Source of the DNA: Alphaproteobacteria bacterium
GTDB taxonomy: Bacteria; Pseudomonadota; Alphaproteobacteria; SHVV01
Assembly: GCA_965261735.1 (NCBI GenBank)
Contig: OZ253470.1
Location: 2,560,001-2,624,000, forward strand
Reading direction: 5' to 3'
DNA: 64,000 nucleotides
Shown here: positions 61,609 to 64,000 of the stretch, one piece after another
Layout of the letters: every line of letters starts with the position of its first letter
How positions within the stretch are numbered: position 1 is the stretch's first letter
The notes under the pieces: generated by a model
Told to the model about the DNA's origin: nothing
Seen by the model: only the letters and a program-made list of their open reading frames with translations
Databases searched by the model: none
Translations under genes and position numbers: made by a program

Positions 61609-61693
61609 TTCGTCCTTCCTTGCGGCAGGTCGCGGCGGCCATGCGGTGCACCGCCGGAACCCCCAGGGTCGATGGGCGTGGAAACGCTGTTGC

Positions 61694-61725
61694 GATATAT
61701 ATGTTGCATCCCCCCGGCCCGCAAC
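61694..61725 (-). promoter_or_regulatory. RpoH-like promoter of dnaK
   Basis: minus strand GTTGC-N16-CATATAT. Confidence 0.5.
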
Positions 61726-61775
61726 CGTTGGCGTGGGATTCGGGGGGCGGGGGCTGACACCGCGGGCCGCAAACC

Positions 61776-62684
61776 ATGATCGTCTCGGCGAGCTACCGGA
61801 CCGACATTCCAGCCTTCTACGGCGACTGGTTCATGAGCCGCCTGCGGGCCGGTTACTGCCGCGTGATCAACCCGCGGGGCGGCCAGCCCAGCACCGTTCC
61901 GCTTGACCCCGAATCGGTCTCGGGCTTCGTTTTCTGGACCCGTAATGTGGGCCCCTTCCTCGGCCACCTCGCCGAGGTGCGACGGCTCGGTTACCCGTTC
62001 GTCGTCCAGTACACCATCACCGGTTATCCGCGGGCGCTCGAAGAGGCGGTTCGGCCCGCGGCCACGATGGTCGAGCTCGCGCGGCGCGTGGCCGGGGAGT
62101 TTGGGCCGAGCGCGCTGGTGTGGCGCTACGATCCCGTCGTGTTTTCGTCGCTGACCCCCGCCGAGTCGCACCTCGCGCGCTTCGAGCGCCTGGCGCGCGG
62201 GCTCGAAGGCGCGGCCGACGAGGTCGTCACCTCGTTCGCCCACGTCTACCGCAAGACGCGCCGCAACCTCGATGCCGCCGCGGCGCGCGCGCGCTTCACC
62301 TGGTGGGACGAGCCGAAGGAGGGCAAGCGCGCCCTGGCGGCGCGGCTCGCAGCCATCGCCGAGGGCCATGGCATGCGCCTCACGCTATGCTCGCAGCCCG
62401 AATACCAGGTGGCCCCATCGGGCATCGCCCGCTGCATCGATGCCGATCGGCTCGGGCGCGTCGCGGGACGGGCCATCGGCGCACGCGAGCGCGGCAACAG
62501 GCCGGGATGCGCGTGCCACGAATCGCGCGATATCGGGGCCTACGACACGTGCCCGCAGGGTTGCGTCTATTGCTACGCGGTCAGCACCCGCGCCGCCGCC
62601 CAGGAGCGCAGGCGGGCGCACGACCCGGGCGATGCGTTCCTCCTACCGCCCGGGCGGCGGACCGGCGGCCGGGTCAATGCGTAG
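61776..62684 (+). CDS. DUF1848 family protein
   Basis: [42 protein letters not shown]. Confidence 0.88.
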   Translation: MIVSASYRTDIPAFYGDWFMSRLRAGYCRVINPRGGQPSTVPLDPESVSGFVFWTRNVGPFLGHLAEVRRLGYPFVVQYTITGYPRALEEAVRPAATMVELARRVAGEFGPSALVWRYDPVVFSSLTPAESHLARFERLARGLEGAADEVVTSFAHVYRKTRRNLDAAAARARFTWWDEPKEGKRALAARLAAIAEGHGMRLTLCSQPEYQVAPSGIARCIDADRLGRVAGRAIGARERGNRPGCACHESRDIGAYDTCPQGCVYCYAVSTRAAAQERRRAHDPGDAFLLPPGRRTGGRVNA

Positions 62685-62686
62685 GC

Positions 62687-63454
62687 CTACACCGTGGTGT
62701 CTATGTGCTCGCCCGGTTCTTCCGGGCTTTCGTTCTTGGCCACGCCGACCATGGCCGGGCGCAAGAGTCGATCGGCGATGAGGTAGCCCGTCTGCATGAC
62801 CTGGACGATGGTGCCGGCCGGCTCGCCGGTGCCGGGAACCTCGAACATGACCTGATGGAAGTTGTGGTCAAACTTCTCGCCCATAGGGTTGATCGCCGAA
62901 ATGCTGTGCCGCTCCAGCGCGCTCAGCAGCTCGCGCTCGGTCATCTCGACGCCGGCCAGCAGGCTGCCGAGGCCGGTCTCGTCGTCGCGCGCCTCGGGCG
63001 CAGCCGCCTCGAGCGCGCGACGCAGATTGTCGGCGACCGGGAGCACGTCGCGGGCGAAAGCCGAAACCGCGTACTTGCTGGTCTCCAGGCGTTCGCGCTC
63101 GGCTCGCCGGCGCGTGTTCTCGACCTCGGCGACGGCGCGTAGCAGCCGATCCTTGAGTTCGCTGATCTGCGCCTCGAGGCTCTGCTCGGGCGCCACCGCA
63201 TCGGCGTTCTCGTTCGCCGGCGCCGCCGGCGCCGCCGGCTCGGTCGGCTCGCCGGCCTCCTCGTCCTCGCCCTCGCGCGCCTCGCTCGCCACGGGCGCCT
63301 CGCCATCCGGTGCCTCGGCGGCGCTCGCCGCTTCGCGCTCCTGCGCCTCGGTGGCTGCGGCGCCCCCATCGCGGCTCGTCTCAGCGCCCTCGCCGGGGGT
63401 GCCCCCGGGCGCCTCCGGGGCGCCCTCGGGCGATGCGTCCTTGTCGCCTGCCAC
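62687..63454 (-). CDS. grpE: nucleotide exchange factor GrpE
   Basis: RAVAEVENTRRR, VADNLRRA, FDHNFHQ, RLLRPAMVGV. Confidence 0.95.
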   Translation of the reverse strand: MAGDKDASPEGAPEAPGGTPGEGAETSRDGGAAATEAQEREAASAAEAPDGEAPVASEAREGEDEEAGEPTEPAAPAAPANENADAVAPEQSLEAQISELKDRLLRAVAEVENTRRRAERERLETSKYAVSAFARDVLPVADNLRRALEAAAPEARDDETGLGSLLAGVEMTERELLSALERHSISAINPMGEKFDHNFHQVMFEVPGTGEPAGTIVQVMQTGYLIADRLLRPAMVGVAKNESPEEPGEHIDTTV

Positions 63455-63461
63455 GATGTCG

Positions 63462-64000
63462 CTAGCTGACCAACTGGCCGACGACCTTGGCCGTGTAGTC
63501 GACCATGGGAATGATGCGGCCGTAGTTGAGGCGCGTCGGCCCGATCACGCCGATGGCGCCGATGATATGCTCGCGGTTGTTGCGGTAGGGGGCGACGATC
63601 ATCGAGCAGCCCGCGAGCCCGAACAGCTCGTTTTCGGAGCCGATAAAGATGCGCACGCCCTCGGCGCTGCCGGCGAGATCGAGCAGGCCGATCAGCTCCT
63701 TCTTGGCCTCGAGCGCATCGAACAACCCGCGGATGCGCTCCAGGTGCTCGATCGCGGTGATGTCCTCGAGCAGATTGCTCTGGCCACGCACGATCAGCAT
63801 CGAGTGGTCGTCGCCGCCCGCCCAGGTGGCGAGCCCGGCTTCGACGACCCGGCTCGTAAGGCGGTCGAGCTCGCCCTTTTGCGCCTCGATCTCAGTGAGC
63901 GCTTCCTCGCGCACTTCCCTCAGCGAGCTTCCGCCGACGCGGGCGTTGAGGTAGTCGGTGGCCTCGCCGAGTTGGGCCGCGGTCACACCCTCGGGCACGT
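63462..64000 (-). CDS. hrcA: heat-inducible transcription repressor HrcA, 5' part beyond window
   Basis: IVRGQSNLL, IFIGSEN, GVIGPTRLNY; directly upstream of grpE. Confidence 0.95.
   Translation of the reverse strand, partial: VPEGVTAAQLGEATDYLNARVGGSSLREVREEALTEIEAQKGELDRLTSRVVEAGLATWAGGDDHSMLIVRGQSNLLEDITAIEHLERIRGLFDALEAKKELIGLLDLAGSAEGVRIFIGSENELFGLAGCSMIVAPYRNNREHIIGAIGVIGPTRLNYGRIIPMVDYTAKVVGQLVS

Overview
High-GC alphaproteobacterial (Rhodospirillales-like) chromosomal segment around the probable replication origin (hemE/ppsR intergenic region). The backbone is largely conventional: qor, pyrF, rho, hemJHE, oriC, ppsR-maf-aroE-coaE-dnaQ, secB, fxsA, timA-mltA, lutABC, smr, hslUV, his genes, a ferredoxin-linked adenylate cyclase, nth, ada, dapB, dnaJK, grpE and hrcA. 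It is interrupted by a ~23.3 kb integrative element (17998-41357) bounded by a 14-bp direct repeat (GAACCACTCCGCCA) that splits a GNAT gene. The element has a satellite-like core (P4-type integrase, AlpA, primase/DUF3631 Rep) and a 506-bp tandem amplification of the Rep 3' end with its iteron-like putative origin. It carries two non-autonomous cassettes with shared GGGGCTTA...AGCTTGACA ends and 8-bp target duplications, an IS1595 with a LexA box, and an IS66 coupled to a DNA adenine methyltransferase gene. It also holds a Type IIG RM gene with a broken nuclease region, a degenerate primase paralog and a captured ABC/heme-oxygenase-like module. All calls come from reading the sequence and ORF track; no database searches were run.
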